Positions 31,278 to 41,048 of a stretch of 64,000 bases of DNA are shown here, piece after piece. Origin of the DNA: Candidatus Entotheonellaceae bacterium (GTDB lineage: Bacteria; Tectomicrobia; Entotheonellia; Entotheonellales; Entotheonellaceae); NCBI GenBank assembly GCA_965238075.1, contig OZ250173.1, positions 672,001-736,000 of the forward strand, in the 5' to 3' direction. Positions within the stretch are counted from its first letter, which is position 1. Each line of letters begins with the position of its first letter. Both the position numbers and the translations under genes were made by a program. The notes under the pieces are model-generated. The model did not search any database, had not been told where the DNA came from, and saw only the letters and a program-made list of their open reading frames with translations.

Positions 31278-32648
31278 ATGCCCACGCCCCCGCAACTCTA
31301 CGCTGATCTGGACCGCGCCATTCCTGCCGTGCGCGAGGAATATGAGAGTTGGCTGCGCGATTTGGTGGAGATTCCGACGGTGAGCATGGACCCGGCGCAC
31401 GCTGACGACGTTCGACGCGGGGCAGAGCGGGCGGCTGAGATTCTGCGGGCGTGCGGGGCTGAGGCTGAGATCGTCGAAACGCCGGGCAATCCCGTTGTTT
31501 TCGGAAACATCACCGCCAATTCGGACTACCCCACGGTGGCCATTTATAACCACATGGACGTGCAGCCCGCCAACGAGCCGCAGTGGGAGAGCGAGCCGTT
31601 CGTGTTCCAGCGTCAGGGCGACTGCTACCTGGGTCGCGGCACCACGGACGACAAAGGCCCGGCGCTCACCGCGCTGATGGCGGCCCGCTTTGCGTCGCAA
31701 CAAGGATTGCCGGTGAATTTCCAATTCATCTGGGAGTTGGAGGAAGAGATCGGCAGCCCGAATTTCGAGCATTTCGTGCAGCAGAAACGGGAAGCCTTGA
31801 CCTGCCAGTCCGTGCTGGTGTCCGACACCATCTGGCTGTCGCCGGAAAAGCCCGCGGTGCCCTACGGCCTGCGCGGCATGCTGACCATGCAATGGCGCCT
31901 GGAGACCGGCAGCAAAGACAGCCACTCCGGCCTCACCGGCGGCGCCGCGCGCAACCCCATCGGCGAGTTGGCCGAGCTGATCGCCTGCTGCTACGAGGCG
32001 CGCACCGGACGCGTCAGCATTCCCGGCTTTTACGAGGACGTGCAGCGTCTCAGCAGCGACGAACTGACCCACTTCCTGGGCAGCGGCTTTGATCTGGATG
32101 GCTTCCGGCTGGCCCACGGCCTGCATGACTTACGCAGCGACGACGTGCGGCAGATCGTGCAAGCCATCTGGAGCGAGCCGACCTTCGAGGTACACGGCAT
32201 CAGCGGCGGCTACCAGGGCCCGGGCATCAAGACCATCGTGCCCCATGAGGCGGAAGCCAAGATCAGCATGCGGCTGGTGCCCAACCAGAACCCCGACCGC
32301 ATTCTGGAATTGACGCGCGATTTCGTCGCCCGCCTCAATCCCGACGTACGCATCACCCCCGGCGGCACCCTGCTTCCCTACCTCGGCGAGTTCAGCGGCT
32401 TCTATGGCGACGCGGTGCGCCAAGCGGTGGAATTCGGCTTCGGCATGTCCCCCAGCTTCATCCGCGAGGGCGGCTCCATCGGCGCCGTGGTCACCCTCGA
32501 CACGCTACTGAAGGTCCCCATCGTCTTCCTCGGTCTCAGCCTCCCGGAACACGGCTACCACGCCCCCAACGAGAACTTCGATTGGGGCCAGGCCAGCGGC
32601 GGCATGCGGGCGTTCGTCAAGTATTTTGAAACGCTGTCGGCGGCGTGA
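31278..32648 (+). CDS. M20-family metallopeptidase (dipeptidase-like)
   Basis: YNHMDVQP, GRGTTDDKG, EEEIGS, HSG, EGGSIG, HAPNENF. Confidence 0.92.
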   Translation: MPTPPQLYADLDRAIPAVREEYESWLRDLVEIPTVSMDPAHADDVRRGAERAAEILRACGAEAEIVETPGNPVVFGNITANSDYPTVAIYNHMDVQPANEPQWESEPFVFQRQGDCYLGRGTTDDKGPALTALMAARFASQQGLPVNFQFIWELEEEIGSPNFEHFVQQKREALTCQSVLVSDTIWLSPEKPAVPYGLRGMLTMQWRLETGSKDSHSGLTGGAARNPIGELAELIACCYEARTGRVSIPGFYEDVQRLSSDELTHFLGSGFDLDGFRLAHGLHDLRSDDVRQIVQAIWSEPTFEVHGISGGYQGPGIKTIVPHEAEAKISMRLVPNQNPDRILELTRDFVARLNPDVRITPGGTLLPYLGEFSGFYGDAVRQAVEFGFGMSPSFIREGGSIGAVVTLDTLLKVPIVFLGLSLPEHGYHAPNENFDWGQASGGMRAFVKYFETLSAA

Positions 32649-32699
32649 GGATACTCAGGCGGGGAGAATCAGTATTGCGCATGACCAAAAGGAATCGAT

Positions 32700-33098
32700 A
32701 TGTCAGCTTGGCTGAAAGAAAAAGCAGGCACCATAGCCGCTGTTGCCGGAACAATCGCCGCGTTCGTCGCCGTCCTGCAATTGTTCGTTGTTGGCCCAAT
32801 GAACCAGCGATTCGACGCCATGGAAAGGCACATTGACCAGCGCACCAACGATTTGACGGTACTGACGAACCAGCGCTTTGACGCTCAGGACCAGCGCCTT
32901 GACCGCCTTGCCGACGAGGTTGTAGAACTCCGCAAGCTGACGATCAGCATCGGTGAACGGGTATCGCGCAGCGAGGGCCAGATCGAGATTATCCGGGAGC
33001 AGATCAAGACCGTGGATGCACCGCAAATCCGGGTCGCAGGTCTGCGCCAGCACGGACGCCAGACAGCGATTGCCTTTGAGAGCCTGCCCCGTACTTGA
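32700..33098 (+). CDS. Small TM-anchored coiled-coil hypothetical protein
   Basis: Hydrophobic N-terminal helix followed by QRFD/DQR coiled-coil repeats; AAGGA RBS. Confidence 0.6.
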   Translation: MSAWLKEKAGTIAAVAGTIAAFVAVLQLFVVGPMNQRFDAMERHIDQRTNDLTVLTNQRFDAQDQRLDRLADEVVELRKLTISIGERVSRSEGQIEIIREQIKTVDAPQIRVAGLRQHGRQTAIAFESLPRT

Positions 33099-33284
33099 TA
33101 CGGGGTCCGGGGCAGGATTCCCGAGCGGGGAGACGAACACCTCCTCCTTGTCCCTTGGTATCAGCCGACGCTTCTGATCCTTCCTTCACCTGGAGTCCTG
33201 AAAAGGAAACGAGCCTGCAATGAAATCGCGTTTCCTGTCATAATGTCCGCGTAGATATTGAACATTGATGGAAATGAAACGGAA

Positions 33285-33712
33285 ATGACCCGCGAAACGA
33301 CCAGCCTCTATGCCCTGCCTGAGCGGGGGGCGTTCTACGAGACGACGGCCATCCTTGACCAGTTGGTAGAAGCCAGAAGCGCCGCCGGGTCCTGGCCGAG
33401 CGCCAGTTGCACATCCTGGAATCTCTGCTTGATTCGCCTACGCCGGAAACCACGGATTTGCTTCTTCGTACTGTGAGTGAATACCGCCATCTCAAATACC
33501 CCGGCCGCGCGTGGGTCAGAGACGTCATCAATTTGCGGGACATCGGCGCTATCAGAATCGACGAAAACGGCATCATCACCCTTAATCTTGACTGGCCCCA
33601 ACAGCTATCGGAGTCGGAATTGCTGGACGGATACGAGAACCTGCCGTCAGCGGTTTCGGCCAGTCATCCCGCCATGGCCGCTGTGTCCCAACTGCTCAAT
33701 CGCCGCCGTTGA
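33285..33712 (+). pseudogene. Probable Fic-family gene remnants (N-terminal fragment joined to a C-terminal winged-helix-like fragment)
   Basis: LYALP...YETTAILDQLVEARSA followed, in another frame, by ...WVRDVINLRDIGAI...LNLDWPQQLSESE; no HPFxxGNGR core. Confidence 0.35.
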
Positions 33713-33815
33713 GGAAGGTCTGAACAGGTCGCTACAACACGAACAGATACCGCGTTCATCGCCGCGGCACGCCGCTGCTCATTGCCGTGAAAATAGCCCG
33801 TTCCAGGTCCCATAT

Positions 33816-33895
33816 CGTCATTCCGGCGCAGGCCGAAATCCAGGACCGTTGTACCGCAGAAATCTTCCTGGACCCCGGCTTTCGCCAGGGTGACG
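33816..33895. repeat. CGTC-type REP doublet
   Basis: cgtcattccggcgcaggccgaaatccagg ... cctggaccccggctttcgccagggtgacg. Confidence 0.7.
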
Positions 33896-33962
33896 AGATC
33901 CATTTCCATGGCTCTTGATGCGGCCTTGGCGAGGACATGGGATCCCTATGAAAATAGCCTGC

Positions 33963-34125
33963 GCAACGCCCCGGGCCGTCGTAGGGGCATCCCTTGTGGG
34001 TGCCCCTTGTCCCGTGCAGGCACGAACTCACAGGGCGGGCACGAGACCCGCCCGGGGGAAGCATAACCCCCCAACCCCCCTTGTCAGGGGGGCGGCGGCC
34101 ACTCCGGGACCGATTTTTATTGACC
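33963..34125 (+). repeat. Composite dispersed repeat, copy B
   Basis: GTAG REP + spacer + inverted REP + CCCCCCTTGTCAGGGGGG hairpin. Confidence 0.78.
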
Positions 34126-34178
34126 TTCGCGTGGCCTTGCAAAAGGCATGGTGGTTCCGACGGCGTGACGAAACGCTG

Positions 34179-34994
34179 TCAGCTTCGTGAGGGGCGGCGG
34201 AACGGCATCGCCAGCAGGCCAAAGAGCGGCCAGCGGTCGGGTTGGCGGACGTCATCGAGGCCGATAGCCATTGCGGTATGGCCGGCTGCTGGCTGGGCGC
34301 GGTAGGTGCCGAAGAGACGGTCCCACCAGGGCAGGTTGAATCCGAAATTGCTATTGGTTTCTACAGGCAGGGGCGAGTGATGCACGCGGTGCATGTCAGG
34401 CGTCACCAGGAACCATCTCAGCACCCGGTCCACCCCGACGGGCAGGAACACGTTGCCGTGGTTGAACAGGCTGGTGGCGTTGAGGATGACCTCGAACACG
34501 AGGACGGCTATCGCCGGCAGTCCAAGGGCAGCCACGACGCCCATCTTGTAAATCAGGGAAAGCAGGATTTCGACCGGATGAAATCGCACCCCGGTGGTCA
34601 CATCGAAATCGCGGTCGCTGTGGTGCACCCGATGGAAACGCCACAGCAGCGGCACGGCGTGGAACAGGACGTGCTGCAGGTAAATGGCGAAATCCAGCAA
34701 CACCACCGCAGCCAGACCCTCTAGCCAAGGGGGCGTCCGGAGCAGGTGGTTGAACATCCCCCAACCCTGCGCCTCGACGGCCAAGGCCGTACCCACGGCT
34801 GAAGCCGCGGACAACAGGCGCAGCACCAGGCTGTCCACCACCACCAGCCCCAGATTAGCGATCCATCGCGGCGCGGTCGCCGTGCCTGCCTGGCGCCGCG
34901 GCGCCCAGCGCTCAACCAGCGCTACCGCCAGGAAGACGACTCCAAAGCCGCTCAGGCGTATCCACTGCTCGAATTGCAGAATGACGTCTGGCAC
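34179..34994 (-). CDS. Sterol desaturase/fatty-acid hydroxylase family protein
   Basis: His boxes HVLFH, HRVHH, HGN, HRVHH; NSNFG; WDRLFGTY. Confidence 0.9.
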   Translation of the reverse strand: MPDVILQFEQWIRLSGFGVVFLAVALVERWAPRRQAGTATAPRWIANLGLVVVDSLVLRLLSAASAVGTALAVEAQGWGMFNHLLRTPPWLEGLAAVVLLDFAIYLQHVLFHAVPLLWRFHRVHHSDRDFDVTTGVRFHPVEILLSLIYKMGVVAALGLPAIAVLVFEVILNATSLFNHGNVFLPVGVDRVLRWFLVTPDMHRVHHSPLPVETNSNFGFNLPWWDRLFGTYRAQPAAGHTAMAIGLDDVRQPDRWPLFGLLAMPFRRPSRS

Positions 34995-35163
34995 GGCGAA
35001 CCTTTTCGTAAATCAGGGGAATCCAAACGAGACACGACCTGTTAGGCGAGGCAGGTACGATGTGGCTCTTGACAGCAAGCCTTGGCACTTGCCAGGATGG
35101 CTAGGGGCGCATGCCTTGCCGGAAACACATCACGACACACCATACCACAAGGCGGGAGAACCT

Positions 35164-36972
35164 ATGCTCACCGTTGCAAGGCGTTTCAAGAGAGGGCTTT
35201 CGTTACTGACGTTCGGGCTACTGATAATCGGCTGCAGCGGGATGGCGTTCAGCCAGGGGGACAGCGGCGACGCGCTGCTTGAGCGGTTGAATCAGAACGC
35301 CACCGAGTTTCGCTACGAAGTCGGCAAGCCGGGCGGCTCGCTGACGCACTCCACAATCAGCGGGCCGAAGACCTTCAATCTGGCGATCTCGACGGAAACG
35401 TCGTCCACCGAGATCCTGGGGTACCTGTTCGAGGGGCTGACCGAGTCCTCGTGGCTGACCGCCCAGATGGAGGGCAACCTGGCCGAGCGCTGGGAGCACT
35501 CTGAGGATGGCCTGGTGTGGACGTTTTACCTGCGCAAGGGCGCCCAGTGGTCCGATGGCGCGCCGTTCACGGCCGACGACGTTCTTTTCACCTTTCAACG
35601 CATCGTCTACAACGACGACATCCCCGCCTCGGCGCGGCCGGGCCTGACGATCCGCTACCTAGACGAAACCACGCAGGAATGGCAGCGCGGGCAGATCGCC
35701 GTCGCCAAAATCGACGACCACACCGTCCAATTCACCCTGCCCGTCCCCTTCGCACCGTTCCTGCGTACGATAGGGACCCCCATTTATCCCAAGCATATTC
35801 TGGAAAAACACGTCGACGACGGCAGTTTCACCTCGACCTGGGACGTGGGCACCGACCCCGGCGAGATCATCGGCACCGGGCCGTTCACCATCGCACGGTA
35901 CGACGTCGGCGAACGCATCGTGCTGCGCAAGAACCCGCTTTACTGGAAGAAAGACGCGGCGGGCGACGCCCTGCCCTATCTGGATCAGGTCGTGTATCTG
36001 GTGGTGCAGGACACGGCCGCCGCGGTGCTCAAATTTCAGGCGGGCGAGACCGATACCCTCGGCGTCACGGGCGACCAATATCCGGTGCTGAAGCCGGAAG
36101 AGGCCGCCAAAAATTTCACCCTGCACCGGCAGGGGCCGAATTTCGGCACCACCTTCCTGGCTTTCAACCAGAACCGCGGCAAGAACCCCGACAACGACCG
36201 GGCGTTCGTCGAGCCGGCCAAGCTGAAGTGGTTCACGAATCGGGATTTCCGCAAGGCCGTGGCACACAGCGTCGACAAGGACAGCATTATCGACAACGTC
36301 ATGAACGGCCTGGGATACCCGCAATGGGCCGCCATCAGCCCGGCGGCGGGGCCGTTCCACAACCCGGACGTCAGCAAGTACGCCTACGATCTGAAACAGG
36401 CCAACGCCCTGCTGGACGGCCTCGGCTGGTTCGACCTGGACGGCGACGGCTTGCGCGAGGACGACGAGGGCAACACCCTGTCCTTCACGCTGGCGACGAA
36501 TTCCGGCAACGACGTCCGGGAGAAGGTCTGCACGTTGCTGAAACAGGACCTCGCCAAGGTCGGCATCCAGGCCAACACCCGCTTCATGGAATTCAACTCG
36601 CTGGTGTCGCAACTCGTTAGCACATACGACTGGGACGCCATCGTCATCGGCTTCACCGGCGGCGTGGAGCCGCACGGCGCCATCAACCTGTGGCACTCGT
36701 CGGAGCGCCTGCACCTCTGGTATCCCCTTCAGGAGACGCCGGCCACGCCGTGGGAGGCGAAGATTAACGAGCTGTTCGTGCGCGGCAGCCGCGAGATGGA
36801 TGAGACGAAACGCTATGCCATCTACCACGAGTTCCAGCAGATCGCGTCGGACAACGTGCCGGTGATCTACACCGCCCTCGCCGAGCGCATCACCGCAATG
36901 CGCAATATCTACGGCAACATGACGCCGACGCTGTACGGCCTGTTCGATGTACGCTACCTTTACGTGCGGTAG
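35164..36972 (+). CDS. Family-5 (peptide/nickel) ABC substrate-binding protein
   Basis: PKTFN, LAERWEHSEDG, WSDGAPFTADDV, GTGPF, FRKAV. Confidence 0.9.
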   Translation: MLTVARRFKRGLSLLTFGLLIIGCSGMAFSQGDSGDALLERLNQNATEFRYEVGKPGGSLTHSTISGPKTFNLAISTETSSTEILGYLFEGLTESSWLTAQMEGNLAERWEHSEDGLVWTFYLRKGAQWSDGAPFTADDVLFTFQRIVYNDDIPASARPGLTIRYLDETTQEWQRGQIAVAKIDDHTVQFTLPVPFAPFLRTIGTPIYPKHILEKHVDDGSFTSTWDVGTDPGEIIGTGPFTIARYDVGERIVLRKNPLYWKKDAAGDALPYLDQVVYLVVQDTAAAVLKFQAGETDTLGVTGDQYPVLKPEEAAKNFTLHRQGPNFGTTFLAFNQNRGKNPDNDRAFVEPAKLKWFTNRDFRKAVAHSVDKDSIIDNVMNGLGYPQWAAISPAAGPFHNPDVSKYAYDLKQANALLDGLGWFDLDGDGLREDDEGNTLSFTLATNSGNDVREKVCTLLKQDLAKVGIQANTRFMEFNSLVSQLVSTYDWDAIVIGFTGGVEPHGAINLWHSSERLHLWYPLQETPATPWEAKINELFVRGSREMDETKRYAIYHEFQQIASDNVPVIYTALAERITAMRNIYGNMTPTLYGLFDVRYLYVR

Positions 36973-37066
36973 CCATCGGGCTTCGTGCCCGCCCGGCGTC
37001 GTGCTCCCCGGACAGGCGGGCGGGTTTGGAGCCTTGCCCGCATCTCCATAACGAAGAGCCCCGCCC

Positions 37067-38935
37067 ATGTACACCTACATCGTCCAACGCCTGCTGATCA
37101 CCATCCCGCTGCTCCTCGGCCTCACCTTCGTGATTTTCATGATCATTCAAATTGCGCCCGGCGATTTTTTCGACCAGTGGGCCTTGCAGCCCGACCTCGA
37201 CCAGCGGCAACTGCGGCAGTGGAAGCGCGAGTTCGGAGCGGATAAAGGCTGGGTGACCCAGTATGTCCGCTGGCTGCGGGGCGTCCTGTTCGACGTGCGC
37301 TTCGCCAACGAACGGGTCCGTATCGGCGATTTCGAGTACGACACGCTGGCCGACAACCGCGACACCTACGACATTCGGGGCGACGCCACCCCCATCCACG
37401 TCCGGCTGCGGGACGAGGGCTCCTTCGCCCTGGCCTTCAACTTCGACGCCCCCGGCGCGAGGGGCGTGCTGGGCAAGACGGACAACCCCAACGCGGCCAG
37501 CGAGCACCCAAGCAGCCACTGGGCCACCGCGGATTTCCAGGCCTTGGAAATGGAGATGCGCAACGACACGGCTGCCGGCGCGGACGTCTTTCTACGGGTG
37601 CAGGACGAGGACGGCCAGGCGTTGGTCGAACGGCGCTTCATCGCCACCGATGCACCCACCTCGATCACCCTGTCGGACGCCGACTACGCCCGCTTCAGCG
37701 TCGCCCGGCAACGCCTCAAAGGATTCATGCTGTTCGCGCAGCAACACGGTGGCATGCCGGCAGAATTGCAGGCTGCCTGGCTCGCCGGCGACACCCTGCT
37801 CGCCACCAGCCGCCACATCCTCGATCCGAGCAAGCGTCAGGTCCTGCTGCGCAATCAGTTCCCCGACGGCCTACTCGACCCTGGCCGCTGCGACCGCGTC
37901 GAGTTCACGGTACTGCCGCCACCAGCAGTGGACATGACCGTCCACATCGGCCTGTATGATGCCGCCGACGGCGCCTACGAAACGTCCATCGCCATGCCCG
38001 CCAACACTACCCGGACCGTCTATGTGCCCCTCGCCGATCTGCAGGCCGCCGGCGTCGATACCACCCGCATGGGTCCGATCAGCTTTCGCAGCGACGCGCC
38101 CGGCTCCCTGCTGGTGGACGAAATCCGCCTCGTCAAGGCCGGCAGCGGCTTCAGCATTGGCGCACCCAATTTCGGCAGGTCCATCGAAAACCGCCAGCCG
38201 GTGTGGTCCACCATGTGGCCGTTCTTGAAAAACACCGTGCTGCTCAACGTTTTCGCCATCCTGTTCACCTGGGTGCTGGCGCTGCCGATCGGCATCTACT
38301 CGGCCACCCACCCGTACTCGTTGAGCGACAAGGTCTTCGGCTTCATGGCCTACATGGGCATGGCCATCCCGTCGTTCTTCTTCGCACTGCTGCTGCTCTA
38401 CGCCACCACCTTGACCTACGACTTCAGCCCCAACCACCTGCTGTACGAATCGTTCCCCATCGGCGGGCTGACCTCGGCCAGCTACTACGAGATGAGCCGC
38501 TGGGAGCGCATGATGGACCTCGCCCGCCATCTGGTGCTGCCGGTGGTGGTGCTGGGCACCGGCGCCATGGCCGGCCTGGTGCGCGTGCTGCGGGCGGAGT
38601 TTCTGGACAAGGGCAACATGCCGTTCGTGGTCACCGCGCGGGCCAAGGGACTGTCCAATACAGTGGTCAACTACAAGCACATTCTGCGCAACGCCATGAC
38701 GCCGTTCGTGGCCGGGTTCGGCTCCCTTCTACCGGCCATGATCGGCGGCTCGGCGCTGGTCGAGATCATCTTCAGCTACCCCGGTATCGGCCAGCTCATG
38801 CTCAAGGCCGTGCGCTCCTACGACATCTACCTGGTAATGGCGAGCTCGCTGGTAAGCGGGATGCTGCTGGTCATCGGCAACCTGATCGCCGACATCCTGC
38901 TGGCCTGGGTCGATCCCCGCATCAGCTACGGTTGA
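37067..38935 (+). CDS. OppB/DppB-type ABC permease with a ~290-aa extracytoplasmic insertion
   Basis: MYTYIVQRLL, APGD, QYVRWL, [insertion], NFGRS, TARAKGL...KHILRNA, VDPRI; 622 aa against the usual ~310-330. Confidence 0.88.
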   Translation: MYTYIVQRLLITIPLLLGLTFVIFMIIQIAPGDFFDQWALQPDLDQRQLRQWKREFGADKGWVTQYVRWLRGVLFDVRFANERVRIGDFEYDTLADNRDTYDIRGDATPIHVRLRDEGSFALAFNFDAPGARGVLGKTDNPNAASEHPSSHWATADFQALEMEMRNDTAAGADVFLRVQDEDGQALVERRFIATDAPTSITLSDADYARFSVARQRLKGFMLFAQQHGGMPAELQAAWLAGDTLLATSRHILDPSKRQVLLRNQFPDGLLDPGRCDRVEFTVLPPPAVDMTVHIGLYDAADGAYETSIAMPANTTRTVYVPLADLQAAGVDTTRMGPISFRSDAPGSLLVDEIRLVKAGSGFSIGAPNFGRSIENRQPVWSTMWPFLKNTVLLNVFAILFTWVLALPIGIYSATHPYSLSDKVFGFMAYMGMAIPSFFFALLLLYATTLTYDFSPNHLLYESFPIGGLTSASYYEMSRWERMMDLARHLVLPVVVLGTGAMAGLVRVLRAEFLDKGNMPFVVTARAKGLSNTVVNYKHILRNAMTPFVAGFGSLLPAMIGGSALVEIIFSYPGIGQLMLKAVRSYDIYLVMASSLVSGMLLVIGNLIADILLAWVDPRISYG

Positions 38936-38940
38936 AAGCC

Positions 38941-40128
38941 ATGCAACAGATCAAGTCCCACAGCCAACCGCGCCCGGCAGAGGCCCCGTCCCGGAGGGCC
39001 TCCGGCGATCCGCCTCTGTCGCGCTCGCCATTGCGCCGCGCCCTGTTCCGGCTGCGCCGCAACCGCCTGGCCATGCTCGGCTTCTGGCTCCTGGTGTTTT
39101 TATACGGCAGCGCCGTCTTCGCCGACTTTCTGGCCCCGTATCACTACGCCAGCAGCGCCCGCAAGAAGGCGTATCACCCACCGATGATCACCTGGCTGCG
39201 CATCTCCGACGCCAACGGCCTGCGTTGGCCCTACCTCACCAACAGCACGTATGAATTCGACATGAACCAGCGCAAGGTGTACCGCCCGACGCCCGGCGCT
39301 GCCTACCCGGTCGGCTTCTTCGTCAAGGGCGATCCCTACCGCCTGCTGGGGCTGTTCGAGACCCGCGTGCACCTGTTCGGCCTGCGCGGCCTGGAACACG
39401 TCGACCCGGACGACCCGAACCGGCCCATGCTCTTCCTGCTCGGTGCCGACAACTTCGGGCGCGACGTGCTGTCGCGGCTCCTCTACGGCGGGCGCATCTC
39501 GCTGTCCGTAGGGCTGATCGGCGTTGCCATCACCTTCGTGCTCGGCATGCTGGTGGGCGGTGCCTCCGGCTACTTCGGCGGGCGCACCGACATCGCCATC
39601 CAGCGCCTGTGCGAAATGCTCATGCTGATCCCGGGCTTCTACCTGCTGCTGTCGCTGCGCGCCGCCATCCCCGCCAATTGGTCGTCGTTTCAGACTTACG
39701 TGGCCATCATCGCCATCCTCAGCTTCATCGGCTGGGCCGGGCTGGCCCGCACCATCCGTGGCCTGGTGCTGTCCATCGCCGCGATGGATTACGTGGCCAG
39801 CGCGCGTGCCATGGGCGTTCCGGACCGCCTCGTCATCGTGCGCCACGTGCTGCCCAACACGCTCTCCTACGCCATCGTTTCAGCCACCATGTCCATCCCC
39901 GGCTACATCCTGGGCGAGTCCGGCCTCAGCCTGCTCGGCCTCGGCATCCAGGACCCGGAAGCCTCCTGGGGCAACATGCTGGCGCTATCGATGGACATTG
40001 CGCAGATCAAGTTCCATCCGTGGATTCTCATCCCCGGCGCGCTGATTTTCGTCACCGTCATGGCATTCAACTACCTCGGCGACGGCCTGCGCGACGCCTT
40101 TGACCCACGCGGCGTGCAGGGTAAGTAG
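38941..40128 (+). CDS. OppC/DppC-type ABC permease
   Basis: LGADNFGRDVLSRLLYGGRISL, YVASARAMG, SWGNML, GDGLRDAFDPR. Confidence 0.92.
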   Translation: MQQIKSHSQPRPAEAPSRRASGDPPLSRSPLRRALFRLRRNRLAMLGFWLLVFLYGSAVFADFLAPYHYASSARKKAYHPPMITWLRISDANGLRWPYLTNSTYEFDMNQRKVYRPTPGAAYPVGFFVKGDPYRLLGLFETRVHLFGLRGLEHVDPDDPNRPMLFLLGADNFGRDVLSRLLYGGRISLSVGLIGVAITFVLGMLVGGASGYFGGRTDIAIQRLCEMLMLIPGFYLLLSLRAAIPANWSSFQTYVAIIAILSFIGWAGLARTIRGLVLSIAAMDYVASARAMGVPDRLVIVRHVLPNTLSYAIVSATMSIPGYILGESGLSLLGLGIQDPEASWGNMLALSMDIAQIKFHPWILIPGALIFVTVMAFNYLGDGLRDAFDPRGVQGK

Positions 40129-40192
40129 AGGAGTGTGCGATAATGCACGCCCTGGACTGGCGTAAGCCAACCGGAGCCCAAGAGGGAAAATC

Positions 40193-40450
40193 ATGGCCGA
40201 CGAGTATGTCAGCAAGGAGCAGTTTGGAGAGTTCGGCAAGCGTATGGAGCAGGCGTTTGCCCACGTGCATCAGTGCCTCGACGAGCAGCACCAGAATTTT
40301 TGCGATCCACGGCGATATACGCTAAGCGCGTAGCTGGTTGCTCCAGCTCTACATGCTGGTGGTTTTTGGCTTGGTGATTTTTGGCTTGGTGATTTTTGGC
40401 TTCATGGGCAGGGTTGCGCTGATGCCTTTCAAAGAACTGCTTTTTCAGGT
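40193..40450 (+). pseudogene. Decayed small coiled-coil/TM protein
   Basis: MADEYVSKEQFGEFGKRMEQAFAHV..., then a frameshift and stop, then a hydrophobic tail built from a 15-nt triple repeat (40357-40402). Confidence 0.4.
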
Positions 40451-40591
40451 AGGCCCGATACGGGCAGGAGCGCTGATGAGGCACCTCGCTCTGCGTCGGG
40501 TGTCGAATTGCGCTATGTTTGGCCGTTTCTCAAAAACGCAACCGGCAGCGCCCCCAGGGCGCGTCCGCCCGACCCGCAGGAGGATAGCCAC

Positions 40592-41047
40592 ATGAAAGTG
40601 TTTTCCGGCATCGAAGAGGCCAAGGAGTACGTCGGCAAGGAAATCGGCGTCAGCCCGTGGTACGACATGACGCAGGAGCGCATCAACGCCTTCGCCGACG
40701 CCACCGGGGATCACCAGTGGATTCACGTCGACGTTGAACGCGCCAAGAACGAATCGCCCTTCGGCGGTCCGGTGGCGCACGGGTATTTTACGCTGTCTCT
40801 GGCGCCGAAAATGATGTGGGAAGTGTACAAAATGGAAGGCGTCACGATGGGCGTCAACTACGGCGTCAACAAGGTGCGCTTTCCCGCCCCGGTGCCCGCC
40901 GGCAGCCGTATCCGCATGCACCTGGAACTCAAGGAGTTGCAAGACATCGAAGGCGGCGCGCAGGCCGTCATGCTGCTGACCTTCGAGCGCGAGGGGCAGG
41001 AGAAACCGGTGTGCGTGGCCGAATCCGTATCGCGCTGGTACGTGTGA
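40592..41047 (+). CDS. MaoC-family dehydratase
   Basis: FADATGDHQWIHVD, PFGGPVAHG, NYGVNKVRFPAPV; GGAGG RBS. Confidence 0.92.
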   Translation: MKVFSGIEEAKEYVGKEIGVSPWYDMTQERINAFADATGDHQWIHVDVERAKNESPFGGPVAHGYFTLSLAPKMMWEVYKMEGVTMGVNYGVNKVRFPAPVPAGSRIRMHLELKELQDIEGGAQAVMLLTFEREGQEKPVCVAESVSRWYV

Positions 41048-41048
41048 G

